Assembly (NCBI GenBank): GCA_000004985.1
Contig: GG738901.1
Strand: one strand, 5' to 3'
From: Naegleria gruberi
Lineage: Eukaryota
DNA: 64,000 nt
How positions within the stretch are numbered: the stretch's first letter is position 1; every line of letters starts with the position of its first letter. The notes under the pieces were generated by a model. That model was not told the DNA's origin. It did no database searches and worked only from the letters and a program-made list of their open reading frames with translations. This document shows, in pieces, positions 34,893 through 45,364 of this stretch. Made by a program: the position numbers and the translations under genes.

Positions 34893-36194
34893 ATGAAACC
34901 ACTACTCTTGTTAATTTTATTTTTTACAATATTTTCCACAACAGGCGCAGCAAACTTTGTGATAACTTCCCCACCTTCCTCTCGTCAAGTGTTGAAATGG
35001 CCATTTGCTGCCTGGTCAATTTGGAATTTACCTATAGGAAATAATGCAAGTTATGAATTTGGAAATATTTACTTGCCCAACACTGCAACCATAGAGGCAG
35101 ATCCTGATATTATTGTATTAAATTCATCAAATCCGTTAACACCAATCTATTATTCATCAGCAGCTTGGACTGGGGCTTCACGTTGTCAGGCATCAAGTTC
35201 AACAATTATCACAAAAGTTCCCTTCCCAAGTGATTTTATAGTTGCATCAGATGGAAGTAATTATTCTGGTGCTTTTTTAATGCCAGATAATGTGACAATC
35301 GTACAGACTCAACCAATTTGTCATTGTACTAATAGCACACAAACTTCAAATGTCACAACACTTACAAAAACTATCAGTGTCAGTATTTATGGAGATGGCG
35401 CTTATGGATCCCATGGAGGTTCTGGATTATCATCCATTGGTGGTACACTTAGATTGGGAGAATTAATTCCAGACTCCAATGGAACTGTTCATCCAGTACG
35501 TCATGCTTTGAAAGGTAATCTTTGGGCTGTTTACAATTACTACAGAAATGGAAGTGCTGTTTCGAGCTGTTTCAGGTGGCCAGCAACTGGTTGTGATGGA
35601 TATTTTGCTGATGGTAAATCAGATCAATATGGAGGTACTAATCCATATGTTCGTCCTGGTTCATTGCTCGCTCTTAACACCAGTATTAATATTAACAATT
35701 TGGGATTAAAAACAATTCCAGGATTGGCCATAGCTTGGACATTACAAAATTATGGAATGTATTTGGCAGATGATAGTTATTGGAATGCAGCTGCTTTAGA
35801 AACAGAGATATCTCCAGAGGGAAATTATGTAACACAATTTAAAAAAGCATGGAATATGGATTTTACTTCAAGTACTAATGCTTGGGCAGTTGACGTTCGT
35901 TCCTTATTTAGAATGTTATCAGTTGTTAATAGCTGGAATAAGAATATGTGGTTGAATGTATCATCTTCCAATGGTACATTGGGCGCTGGTGGAGGATTTC
36001 CATTACAGAGCTGGGCACCACCATTTGCAAATGATTCTAATATTGCTACACCTGTTAGTAGCAGTTTCATCCATACGAGCTCTAATTCTCCAAAGAATTC
36101 AACCCTTGCAAACAATCAAAGAAGTATTAATGCATGTAATTTAACAACAATAATATTGGCTATAGTTTTAATTATTTTGTGCATTCAATGGTAA
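34893..36194 (+). CDS. secreted or GPI-anchored-type glycoprotein, hypothetical; signal peptide plus a C-terminal hydrophobic tail
   Basis: The preferred start is the ATG at 34893 (MKPLLLLILFFTIFSTTGAANF); the ORF-track start is an upstream TTG. Many NxS/T sequons, a Gly/Ser-rich core and a C-terminal hydrophobic segment LTTIILAIVLIILCIQW are seen. No family assigned. Confidence 0.6.
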   Translation: MKPLLLLILFFTIFSTTGAANFVITSPPSSRQVLKWPFAAWSIWNLPIGNNASYEFGNIYLPNTATIEADPDIIVLNSSNPLTPIYYSSAAWTGASRCQASSSTIITKVPFPSDFIVASDGSNYSGAFLMPDNVTIVQTQPICHCTNSTQTSNVTTLTKTISVSIYGDGAYGSHGGSGLSSIGGTLRLGELIPDSNGTVHPVRHALKGNLWAVYNYYRNGSAVSSCFRWPATGCDGYFADGKSDQYGGTNPYVRPGSLLALNTSININNLGLKTIPGLAIAWTLQNYGMYLADDSYWNAAALETEISPEGNYVTQFKKAWNMDFTSSTNAWAVDVRSLFRMLSVVNSWNKNMWLNVSSSNGTLGAGGGFPLQSWAPPFANDSNIATPVSSSFIHTSSNSPKNSTLANNQRSINACNLTTIILAIVLIILCIQW

Positions 36195-36328
36195 CTAAAC
36201 AATAAATTGAATGAGCAATGGTTGTTTTGAACAATGTTTTTAGGCGACCTAACTACTAATCTTTCACAGTAGATTAAGATTGCAGAACGATTTATATGAT
36301 TTATATTACGAAACTTACTTACATGGAT

Positions 36329-36448
36329 GGCTACGGCCATATCACGATGAATGCACCTCATCCCGTCCGATTTGAGAAGTTAAGCATCGTCGAGCCACAT
36401 CAGTACTGAGGTTGGAGACAACTTGGGAACCTGTGGTGCTGTAGTCTT
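36329..36448 (+). rRNA. 5S ribosomal RNA gene (copy 2)
   Basis: Identical to copy 1 except for one substitution (CATCCCGTCC vs CATCCAGTCC). Same orientation, 3569 bp downstream, followed by a TTTTCTTTTT terminator-like run. Confidence 0.9.
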
Positions 36449-36671
36449 TTCTTTTTGATCCTTTTCATTGTTTTTTATAAATTGTGAATTAGTATGAATT
36501 AACTTCCAATTTATTCACCACCAATTAGCATTTCTGTGGCACAGATATTTCATACGATAATTACACGCCATAGGTGTTCTAAATCGTGACTATGCCTTTG
36601 TGTCCATATTTCATTTCCGATTTATCAAAACCACAAGCAAAATTCATGGAAATTCTTTTATTCTCTATTGT

Positions 36672-36900
36672 TTATGGCAAACCTGGCCAATTATCAACAT
36701 ATTGAATTTTAAAATCTGGCCAATTATCAACAATTTGAATCTTATAATCAGGCCAATTATCAACAATTTGCCATTTTCCAACACTATCAGGCCAATTATT
36801 GACCTTTTGAACCTTGAGATCTGGCCAATTATCAACAATTTGGACTTTGTAATCTGGCCAATTATCTACGAATTGAATCTTACCATAAATTTTGGCAATT
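36672..36900. repeat. 33-bp tandem repeat array (about 6-7 units)
   Basis: Units TGGCCAATTATCAACAATTTGAAT(C/T)TT(A/T)TAATC(A/T)GGCC... repeat head to tail. The period is 33 nt, equal to 11 codons. Confidence 0.7.
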
Positions 36901-36920
36901 TGATCTTTGGAAAGTGTCAT
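36672..36920 (-). CDS. putative 82-aa tandem-repeat micro-protein with six [IFY]VDNWPD[YLF]K[VI]Q repeats
   Basis: Minus-strand ATG at 36920 in an A-rich context. The translation MTLSKDQIAKIYGKIQFVDNWPDYKVQIVDNWPDLKVQ...YVDNWPGLP is hydrophilic and repeat-structured. The overlapping plus ORF has no ATG and reads as a hydrophobic mirror translation. Confidence 0.35.
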   Translation of the reverse strand: MTLSKDQIAKIYGKIQFVDNWPDYKVQIVDNWPDLKVQKVNNWPDSVGKWQIVDNWPDYKIQIVDNWPDFKIQYVDNWPGLP

Positions 36921-37214
36921 TTCTTGTTTTTTTATTCTGTTGTTTTGATCAACACGGATATCACACCATGTGATGATTTTAAAGGAAAATTAGAAGTGTT
37001 ACATAGCTGTTCGATTTCACAATAGTTCCTGGTTGATCTTCGAGGATTTTCTGACAATTGTAAAACGTATTTGCTTGTTGGAATTGAAGTTACATATTAC
37101 ATTGTAAAATTGGTTCAATCTGATTGTTCATGAATTGCTGCACTGTACAGAATCTAACACCAAAAGTTTTCATTTCAGGGCTGCAAAATAATTTCCTTGA
37201 TCATCTGTAAAAAA

Positions 37215-40200
37215 ATGAACGAATTGCTAACTACTACCAACAACCACAAGAACATTCTCACCTATTTTTATGCACCCATCAATGATTGTACAAATATTAA
37301 TTCATCATCATCAGCATCGGAACCATTTTCCAACAAACATGAAAAACATGAGGATGATGATCTTAATTTAATTGCTAATAAATCGACAAAAGTAGTACGA
37401 GATATTTTCCTATTTGAAGAATGGAGATTAATTGCAAGTTTTTTGACGAGGAAAAATTGTTTTGGAGGCTTGGCAAGTGTAAACAAAACTTCAAGATTGG
37501 CAGTTTTAAGTGTACATTTTATTAGAAATAGTGCAGTGATTAAATCATTTGCACTTCGTTGGATTTGGGCACAAACTATTGATAGTTATTCCGATAAATT
37601 ACCAAATAATAGATTTATTGAAATATTAAAACCACTTCAGGAGGAATATTATGATTTGCACCAATTTATACAAGATCCAAATCAAGAAAAGAGTGAAAAT
37701 TACTTTCCAATACCAAATTATTATTCACGTAATCTTGTAAAGGCAGCATGCAGTGTTGGAAATAACGAAATTATTTTACAATTAATTGAAAAATCATTTT
37801 TATTTGATTTGAGCACAGTAACACCATCAAAGTATTATGATTTGGCATTCTTGAATGGACATTATGATACAGCTGTTGCTTTTGCTAAAACTTTACTTTT
37901 AAGAAATGGAGAATTGGATATTTCCAAATGTATTCCTCAAATAATTTCTCCATTCATTGCACCAATTGAATTTGAAAATCAATATCAAATAGTCTATCAA
38001 TTATTTAACAGATCTCAAACACATTATCAATTGGGAATTAGTAGAATAATTTATGAATTATTACATTCACAACTTTTACAAACATGCCATGAGGAAGCTT
38101 CTAAAATTGGTTGGACTAATTTATTAGATATTGCTCTTTTTAATTTGCATTTCCCACAACTATTAATGCGAAATGATATTGAGTCAGTTCAATTTATTGT
38201 TGGACGTTTATATCAAAATAGAAAAGAAAACAATACTCTTCCATTATTTTCAAATGATTTGGAAAGAATCCTCATACAAATACAATCACTGGATCAAGTT
38301 GATTTTCTTGTATGGTTCTTTGAATATATAGGAAGTTTGGGAGAGTTGACATTATTATCGGATTTAATATTTAACAATTTGAATACTATTTTAACTATTA
38401 ATACTAAATTTTTAGATATTTATTTGAATCAATTTCATGGAAGACATGTTGAAAATGATGAAAAAAGACTCTATGAATATATGGATGGTTTGGATACCAA
38501 CTATCTTAATTTGATATCTCTTTTGGGAATTACTAAAATACCATACGAGAGGATTGCAAAACATTTAAACTCATGTGCACAGTACTATTTGGTTAATTAT
38601 GGTAATGTAATTGTTCAATATTATGAACCAGAAATTGCAACAATCATCTTTAATAACATTCAACTCTTCCTTGATGATACAAAGATTCATCCAAAGAAAC
38701 GTTCGCTCTGTTTAACACCAAGAGTACAAACAGATCTTGTTAATTTATTTCTCAAACAGGAGATTGTAGATTGGAAACTAATTGTAGAATTTATTGAAAA
38801 GAATCCATTCATGTCCAATTTTATGGAAATTATAATTTCAAATGCCTATGATTCGTTTACAAGAACAATATTGGATAGAATTTACTCAACTTCAGACTCT
38901 GAGAATTATTCATCCAGAAGAAGATTTATATTCAAATCCTTTACTAGATATATTGAGAAGGATGTTTATGACTTTTGTGCCTTGTTAATGTTTGCATGCA
39001 CAGTTGAAAAGAGTTTTATGAAAGCTTTGATAGAAAGGAATGAATTTTTAATATCAAAGATTCATGCCTCATTTGAACCATTTCAAAATGTTAGTCAAAT
39101 GATTGAAAGATGGAACGATGGTTCATTTGAATTAATTTCACATGATTTGCCTGTTTTGGACTGTCTTTGTAATAGTTCGTTGAAGGTATTTGTAAATGCT
39201 ATTGGTTCTCTATGGCCACTTTCTAATAATTTCCTCAGTTTGACATTTAAAATTCTCGATGAGTCATATGAACCTATCGTAAGAAATAACATTAATGATA
39301 TTAGAAACATTATCCGACATTTCATTACATCAAGTCATGATATTGATATTATAACATCATACTTCAAAACGACAATTCATCAGGAGGAAATTTTAAATGT
39401 TCTAATGGGATTACCACTATTTACGAAAGATAATTTGTTAAATATTTCAACATCGGTTTTAGCAAGAACAAAATTAACACTTTCAAGTTTAGATACGATT
39501 GTTAACATTATTCACGATCATTTTGATGATGTTCTAGAACAAAAATTCAAAGATTACATTACCATTCCACAAGATAATTTATCACAACTCATTTCTATCA
39601 AATACCATCCAAAATCAATATCATTACTTGAAAGAATTTCATATAGACATTTATTTGAACCTTCATATTTGTCATTCTTTGAACAAATTGAAAGTGTATG
39701 TGGAAGAGGAAGTATGGTTTCATCTGATAGTGCACAAGCCTATTGGAATGCATCCAGTGACCCTTATCTCTTGTTAAATGATAGAGATACTATTATGAAT
39801 CTACTTTCAAAATATGAAACTATTCCTAAAACAAGCAAGTGGAGATCAATTCTTACAGGTCTAGTTAATCATGGATTTATTGATGAACTATTGGAAAGAT
39901 TAGCGGAAAAAGAACATCGTAAACCAATTCTTTTTGAAAATTCTCCTCTTTTCACTTTAACAAGTTCATTTGGAAATATTTCTACTTCTTCTGAATTTCT
40001 ACAAGAAAATAGAAAGAAGGAACAACAATCAGAAAGAGAAAAACAACTCTCCTATGTTCAAGCTCCTCCTCTATTTAATTTTACTTTTGATTTTGGAAAT
40101 TCCAATAATAATAATAATAATAATGGAAACTCATTTATTTTCCTTTCTAAGAATGAATCAAACAGTGGAAATAGTAGTAGTGATGGTTTGGAATTACACT

Positions 40201-40274
40201 CATCTAAAGCACCCCCAACTAATTATTCACACACAACATTACCATTTAATCAATACCTACAGTTCAAGCAATAA
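37215..40274 (+). CDS. large F-box-like hypothetical protein, about 1019 aa
   Basis: The first ATG is at 37215 (MNELLTTT...). An N-terminal F-box-like VVRDIFLFEEWRLIASFLTRKNCFGGLASVNKTSRLAV, a long helical body and a C-terminal Asn/Ser-rich tail. Confidence 0.6.
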   Translation: MNELLTTTNNHKNILTYFYAPINDCTNINSSSSASEPFSNKHEKHEDDDLNLIANKSTKVVRDIFLFEEWRLIASFLTRKNCFGGLASVNKTSRLAVLSVHFIRNSAVIKSFALRWIWAQTIDSYSDKLPNNRFIEILKPLQEEYYDLHQFIQDPNQEKSENYFPIPNYYSRNLVKAACSVGNNEIILQLIEKSFLFDLSTVTPSKYYDLAFLNGHYDTAVAFAKTLLLRNGELDISKCIPQIISPFIAPIEFENQYQIVYQLFNRSQTHYQLGISRIIYELLHSQLLQTCHEEASKIGWTNLLDIALFNLHFPQLLMRNDIESVQFIVGRLYQNRKENNTLPLFSNDLERILIQIQSLDQVDFLVWFFEYIGSLGELTLLSDLIFNNLNTILTINTKFLDIYLNQFHGRHVENDEKRLYEYMDGLDTNYLNLISLLGITKIPYERIAKHLNSCAQYYLVNYGNVIVQYYEPEIATIIFNNIQLFLDDTKIHPKKRSLCLTPRVQTDLVNLFLKQEIVDWKLIVEFIEKNPFMSNFMEIIISNAYDSFTRTILDRIYSTSDSENYSSRRRFIFKSFTRYIEKDVYDFCALLMFACTVEKSFMKALIERNEFLISKIHASFEPFQNVSQMIERWNDGSFELISHDLPVLDCLCNSSLKVFVNAIGSLWPLSNNFLSLTFKILDESYEPIVRNNINDIRNIIRHFITSSHDIDIITSYFKTTIHQEEILNVLMGLPLFTKDNLLNISTSVLARTKLTLSSLDTIVNIIHDHFDDVLEQKFKDYITIPQDNLSQLISIKYHPKSISLLERISYRHLFEPSYLSFFEQIESVCGRGSMVSSDSAQAYWNASSDPYLLLNDRDTIMNLLSKYETIPKTSKWRSILTGLVNHGFIDELLERLAEKEHRKPILFENSPLFTLTSSFGNISTSSEFLQENRKKEQQSEREKQLSYVQAPPLFNFTFDFGNSNNNNNNNGNSFIFLSKNESNSGNSSSDGLELHSSKAPPTNYSHTTLPFNQYLQFKQ

Positions 40275-40364
40275 ATGAATTTATTTTACAAGAGAATAAA
40301 ATGTTGAAGCAACGTATTGCGAATTCTTTTTCCTTCACCATAAAGATAATAGCCGTATTGAGAA

Positions 40365-40612
40365 AAAAGTGACAGAAGGTTCAGGCAGATCTTTTCACAG
40401 CAATCCAATCTTCCTGATTTCTGCCACCCATAGAATACTTGGTATATTTCTTAATTGTTTGTTTGCTGAATAGATTGCTGGTATTATTAGTAAGGATAAC
40501 AGTTCCAATATGTTTTAAAAGAAATGCGAGAGATATATTTTGGTTTATCTTTAATTTTTTTGATCGTTTTCTTTCCAAATTGAACTTTCATTAAGGCTGC
40601 AAAGTTGGTATG
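40365..40612 (+). repeat. dispersed ~250-300 bp repeat, copy B
   Basis: About 90% identical to copy C over about 245 bp. Its 5' portion contains the B-box-like GAAGGTTCAGGCAG. The ORF-track ORF 40381..40578 lies inside it. Confidence 0.65.
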
Positions 40613-40642
40613 CTAAATGGTTTTATTAAATCAATTAAATAC

Positions 40643-41736
40643 TTAGAATAGAAAGGTAATATCAGAAAATTTACCAGATAAACATATACTCCAAAGGTTG
40701 TTGAAATATCTAGTTAATTGATAACCTTTCGAATAGATAAGCAAGCACGCTGTATGTGCAACAATACCTATTGACTGGTAAGTATGGTGTGGGAAATATT
40801 CGGTAATATCAAACTTAGTACTTTTGGATACCATATCGAAGAGCAGGACATTGGGATGATTCTTTGGTACAATGATAAGTGGCTCCTTAAATAACATTAC
40901 ACTCTCAACCTCTGTCCCATCGAATGGATAGATTGAATCTATTGTCCTATTTCCATACAGTTTAAACGTACCATCTTGAGCAGCCACAAGTGTCTTATTC
41001 GAAGAGCAAGAGAATGATCTAATTGGATAATCTAGCGAAACATAAGTAAATGATCCAGGAATTTGACGATCCGACAAGGTTTGTCCACAACTTGATGAGC
41101 CAGCAACCAAAAATCGATGATCTTTCAAATAGGCAACAATGTGAAAATTTCTCCCTTGATATCAACTATATCCTCATCTGATATGAATTGAGAAGTATTC
41201 CAATCTAAACGCGTAATGGTGGCATTTGAAGAGAGCCAATTCTGTCCACTGATTCTAATATTTCTCCTATTTATCACACAACAAGAAAATGAAAAGCAAC
41301 ATGCAATATGAGTAATTTTCTCTTCATCTTTTGGCTCAAAAATCATTCTGACATCCACTCCATTACTATTCCCCAAACAATCATAATCGTTTGTACCCTC
41401 TCCATAGAGCAATGTCTTGCCACCTCTTTTCAAATCCTTCACCAAATAAATACTACAAGATGTATAGCTATCAATAAATGTTACCAGTAACCCCTGATCA
41501 ACTCCAAATTGTTTAATAAATTCACCAGAGAGTTCTTGTTCAAAACCTGCTGGACGATCCTCTGAAGATTTCCAAACTCTTCCCGAATTAAATAAAAGTC
41601 TAATTTTTGGTGTTGGGACTCCATAGGCTATTCCTTGAATAATATGCTCATTCGGAAGATGATCTTGTATTAGGTAGGATTTTAATTTTTCTCCAGCGAG
41701 ATCATCATTAGGTTTGTATGCATAGTAAATGATCAT
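40643..41736 (-). CDS. beta-propeller-like (RCC1-like?) repeat protein with an apparent +1 frameshift near 41125, about 364 aa if corrected
   Basis: Two abutting minus ORFs (41125..41736 and 40643..41128) overlap by 4 nt, with the frame change inside GAAATTTTCACATTG. Both halves have Gly-rich beta-strand repeats (LLYGEGTNDYDCLGNSNGVDV; FLVAGSSSCGQTL). Confidence 0.5.
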
Positions 41737-42123
41737 TTTTTTTGTAATGACTTTTGATTTAATTCTAAGAATGATATAAAGTGCAAAGAGCTAATTGAAA
41801 TTCAATGTTAGAATTAGCATGTGGGATCATCAATAATCATCATATTCATAAGACTTTTCTATTCCAACAGAAAAAGGTCAAAGTTTAGAATAAGTCAAAT
41901 TCCTACTGGAATGGTTCATAATTTTATTACAAAGATCCTCCCTTTTAAAAGGCCGTTCTAGTTCACATTTAAAACATACGTCCTAAACTTGCATTTCTTC
42001 CTCAACAAAATAGTACGCACGCTCAAAAAACAATATTTCAACTCTCATGATAGTACACAATAACAAACCATTAAACAAAAAACACATTACTCTAAAACAC
42101 ATAAAAACAAACACATCAGAACA

Positions 42124-42759
42124 ATGGCTATTAAAGTTTATGGATATGCTGCAGCACTTTGCACTCAACGTGTTTTGGCAACATTGAAGGAAAAACAATT
42201 GGATTACGAATTGATTGTTGTTAATTTGGCCTCTGGAGAACAAAAGCAAGCTCCTTACATTGAAAAACAACCTTTTGGAGTGATTCCAGTTCTTGAAGAT
42301 GGTGAATTCACTATTTATGAATCACGTGCTATCTGTAGATATTTGGAAAACAAGTACAAGACCAGTGGAAATCAACTCATTCCAACCAATCCTGAAGAAT
42401 TGGGTTTGTTCGAACAAGGTGCTTCTATTGAAACTTCCTATTGGGATCCAAATGCTTCTGCTATTTTATTTGAAAAAATTTTCAAGGCCATGAAGGGTTT
42501 AGGTGAAGCCGATGAATCAAGAGTTAAGGTTGCAAGTGAAAAATTAGCTCAATATTTGGATGTTTACGAAAAGATTTTGAGCAAACAAGAATATATTGGT
42601 GGAAATCAATTTACTCTTGCTGATTTGTTCCATCTTCCTTATGGAAGTCTCTTGTTCGTGCCTCAAGTTAATTTTGGTCATTTGTTATTGGAACGTCCAC
42701 ATGTTAAAACTTGGTGGGAAAAGATTACTTCTAGACCTGCATGGCAAGAAGTTGCTTAA
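42124..42759 (+). CDS. glutathione S-transferase (phi/theta-like cytosolic class), 211 aa
   Basis: ATG at 42124. N-terminal thioredoxin-fold motifs IKVYGYAAALCTQRVLATLKEK, FGVIPVLEDGEFTIYESRAICRYL and a C-terminal alpha domain. Single exon. Confidence 0.9.
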   Translation: MAIKVYGYAAALCTQRVLATLKEKQLDYELIVVNLASGEQKQAPYIEKQPFGVIPVLEDGEFTIYESRAICRYLENKYKTSGNQLIPTNPEELGLFEQGASIETSYWDPNASAILFEKIFKAMKGLGEADESRVKVASEKLAQYLDVYEKILSKQEYIGGNQFTLADLFHLPYGSLLFVPQVNFGHLLLERPHVKTWWEKITSRPAWQEVA

Positions 42760-43093
42760 TTGCGTTAAATTTGTAAATTAAAAATATTTTTTGTAAACTT
42801 TACAAAATTTACTCATCGAAAAGTTCCTACACTATACGTAAACATTCAAATCAATTGTTTCTTGAATGCGTCAGTATTTCTCTTTCAAAAAGAACTTGAG
42901 AAATAGGAGAGCACTATCAATTAATTTGTGAATCTTTAAACACCTCTCTGAGTATATTTTCAGCAGAGTATCTCAATGATTCATTTCTCTCTTTTGAAAT
43001 CAAATTGCTAACTGATGAATTTGTAAATTTTCAAAATATCTATAATTTACAAACATTTCCAACTTATTATAATCTTTCAGAATTTTTTGTATC

Positions 43094-45120
43094 TTAATAA
43101 TGTCTTTGTTGACCACTCCAAAAGGTACAACTAGGTCTGAAATCTTCTTGTTGTGCATACATTTGACATCCCTTAAATGCCTCCTTTTCCATAGCTGTAA
43201 TTATTGAAGTATTTGGTAAGACTTTTGTAATTGTTGTAATCCAATTTTCTTCCGGCTTAACAACTATCACAGGAGTATTCGTGGAAACTAGCAATTGGTT
43301 AAGAGATTTTTTAAGCTCCTTTTCTAATGAATTCACAATGCAACTATCTCCATCAAATGATTGATAGTTGGCAACCTTACTAATGGTGATATGTACATCC
43401 TTCTCTATAACAACACAATTTGGAATGTTATGGTAATAAGCTATCATTACATGTCTTGATATGAAGCAAACAGCTGGTACTTGAGTATTGAGAGTCACAT
43501 TAATGAACTGTGCAAAGTTCCTCTTTTTGAGAAGGTAGGGTGGGATTGAAATTAACAGTGGATGCCTTGGTGAGATAACTATTTGATCACAAATTTTGGA
43601 AAAGAATGTTCCAACATTAAGTTCATGGATATGTCGATAATCGTCATCAGGATCATTTAGATAATCAAATACAGACCCTTGATGGGATCCTATTTTACCA
43701 ATCATAGCATCAGAGTAACTGTAAAAATTAAAGCTATAATTGAGGTGTTAATATTAGTGAATGAAATTAAGATTACTTACTGAACACCACTGTTTCTGCC
43801 AACGTATGGTTCCACTGTGTTTGGTGTTTCAACATTGAAAAGGCCATAGGTTGCCATCTCACTTGTAAAATCGATGCAAATAGCTTTGAAAGAATGTTCT
43901 GTGAAATTTCGAACTCTGACATGATGATACCAATCAATAGGTATGCCACTTTCACATAATTTACGGAAAGTGGTGCCATTCCAATATTTTTGATAGACTG
44001 ATTTCCAAATAATTGGTGATCGTGCAAGTTGATTCAAATATCTATTCAATGGTAAAACTATTGAGCATATTTCACTCTCCTTAAGAAAAGAAAATACGGT
44101 GAAGATAATCTCTTCTGGAAGAATTGTCAAATTGTTTTGCTCGATATTCTCTACAAGACCCTCTGGAATAAAGTAGTGTCTATTCAAAAGATATTCAAAG
44201 GTCTTTCCACTATCAACTAGCATCTGTTGTCCAGCTAAATAACTTTCTGAAGCAGCATAAACATCTCCATTCTTTTCCAATCTTTCGCTCTCTTTGAATA
44301 ATTGGCCAATTTTTTGATATGCCTCTGATTGCTCGAATTTTTCATCTCTTGGAATTGATAAAGAATCAACTCTGAGATACATAATTTCAGTTCTCAAAAT
44401 ATACTTGGTTCCTTTTGTTACAGGACAACCTTCATGATAAAAATCCTGATTGAAAAGAGCCAATTGACCCAATGATGGTTTTAAGGTATGCAAGAGACTG
44501 TATTCTTCAAAGTCAGAGTCTGTCTTTGTTGGATCATTGTAAAATCTTGTTTCTCCCCCTTTAAAATCCTGATTCAGATAGATCAGTAATGTGTAAATAC
44601 TTCTCTCATGCTCACTCCTTCTGAATTGACCATCAGTGTGTATTTTGAAATACTCTCCTGGTTCATACTTGCTTAATCTCATCATTTCATTAATTCCACA
44701 AGCTTTCCATTCACCTCTGCTATCCAAACCATAAGGAGTAATCAATTTTCCAATAGCATCTAAATCAATCGTCTCTTTGAGACGTTCAAATATTAGTTTT
44801 GCAAACTCCTTATCAGTAATCAGCTCCCTAGAAGCATTTCTATACTCCTTCGGATATTCATCTTCCAGGTTCTTAAAATCATTACACCTCTTGATCATAT
44901 CATTACACTCTTCACTGGTAAAAAAGTTCGGAATGGCCATCAATCTGTTCATACAAGTCTGATGGATTGGATGTTTTACTTTCGACAGCTTGGTCTCAAA
45001 TGATCGGGATGAAAATTGAACAATTTCATGGACTGGCAAAAGATCGCCTGGCTCAATAATAGAAAACTTTGTCTTGTGGCGAATATCGCGTTCCTTTCCC
45101 CTCGCATGTTTGTTTCCCAT
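43094..45120 (-). CDS. prolyl-4-hydroxylase-like 2OG-Fe(II) oxygenase domain fused to an F-box; complement(join(43094..43718,43781..45120)), about 654 aa
   Basis: ATG at 45120 (MGNKHARG). P4Hc-type motifs SKYEPGEYFKIHTDGQF (HxD), SIYTLLIYLNQDFKGGETRFYN, a distal FYHEG (His) and KYILRTEIMY. A downstream F-box, LTILPEEIIFTVFSFLKESEICSIVLPLNRYLNQLARSPIIWK. One 62-nt GTAAGT..CAG intron near the 3' end. Confidence 0.75.
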
Positions 45121-45364
45121 CTCAAAAAATTTGCGTGGTTTTTACAAGGTGAATTGTTGCTGAATTTTTTTGTTTTGGAAAAAAGTGCGCAAGTGATATG
45201 TGAAGGAACTTTAAAGTACATGATACGGCTAACATTTGTTCAACTAAATACATGTTCTTATCAACATACACTGTTGGTGTTCCGAGTTGAAATCAGATTC
45301 AATAAAATGAGGAAACAGCTGTCCTGTAAAACATTGTAACAACACATTGATTCATGAATAAGAA

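Noticed and set aside
36600-37025. Plus-strand 141-aa ORF over the 33-bp tandem repeat
   Set aside because: There is no ATG anywhere in this frame (GTG pseudo-start only). It is the complementary reading of the minus-strand repeat ORF and is extremely hydrophobic, Ile/Pro/Asn repetitive text.
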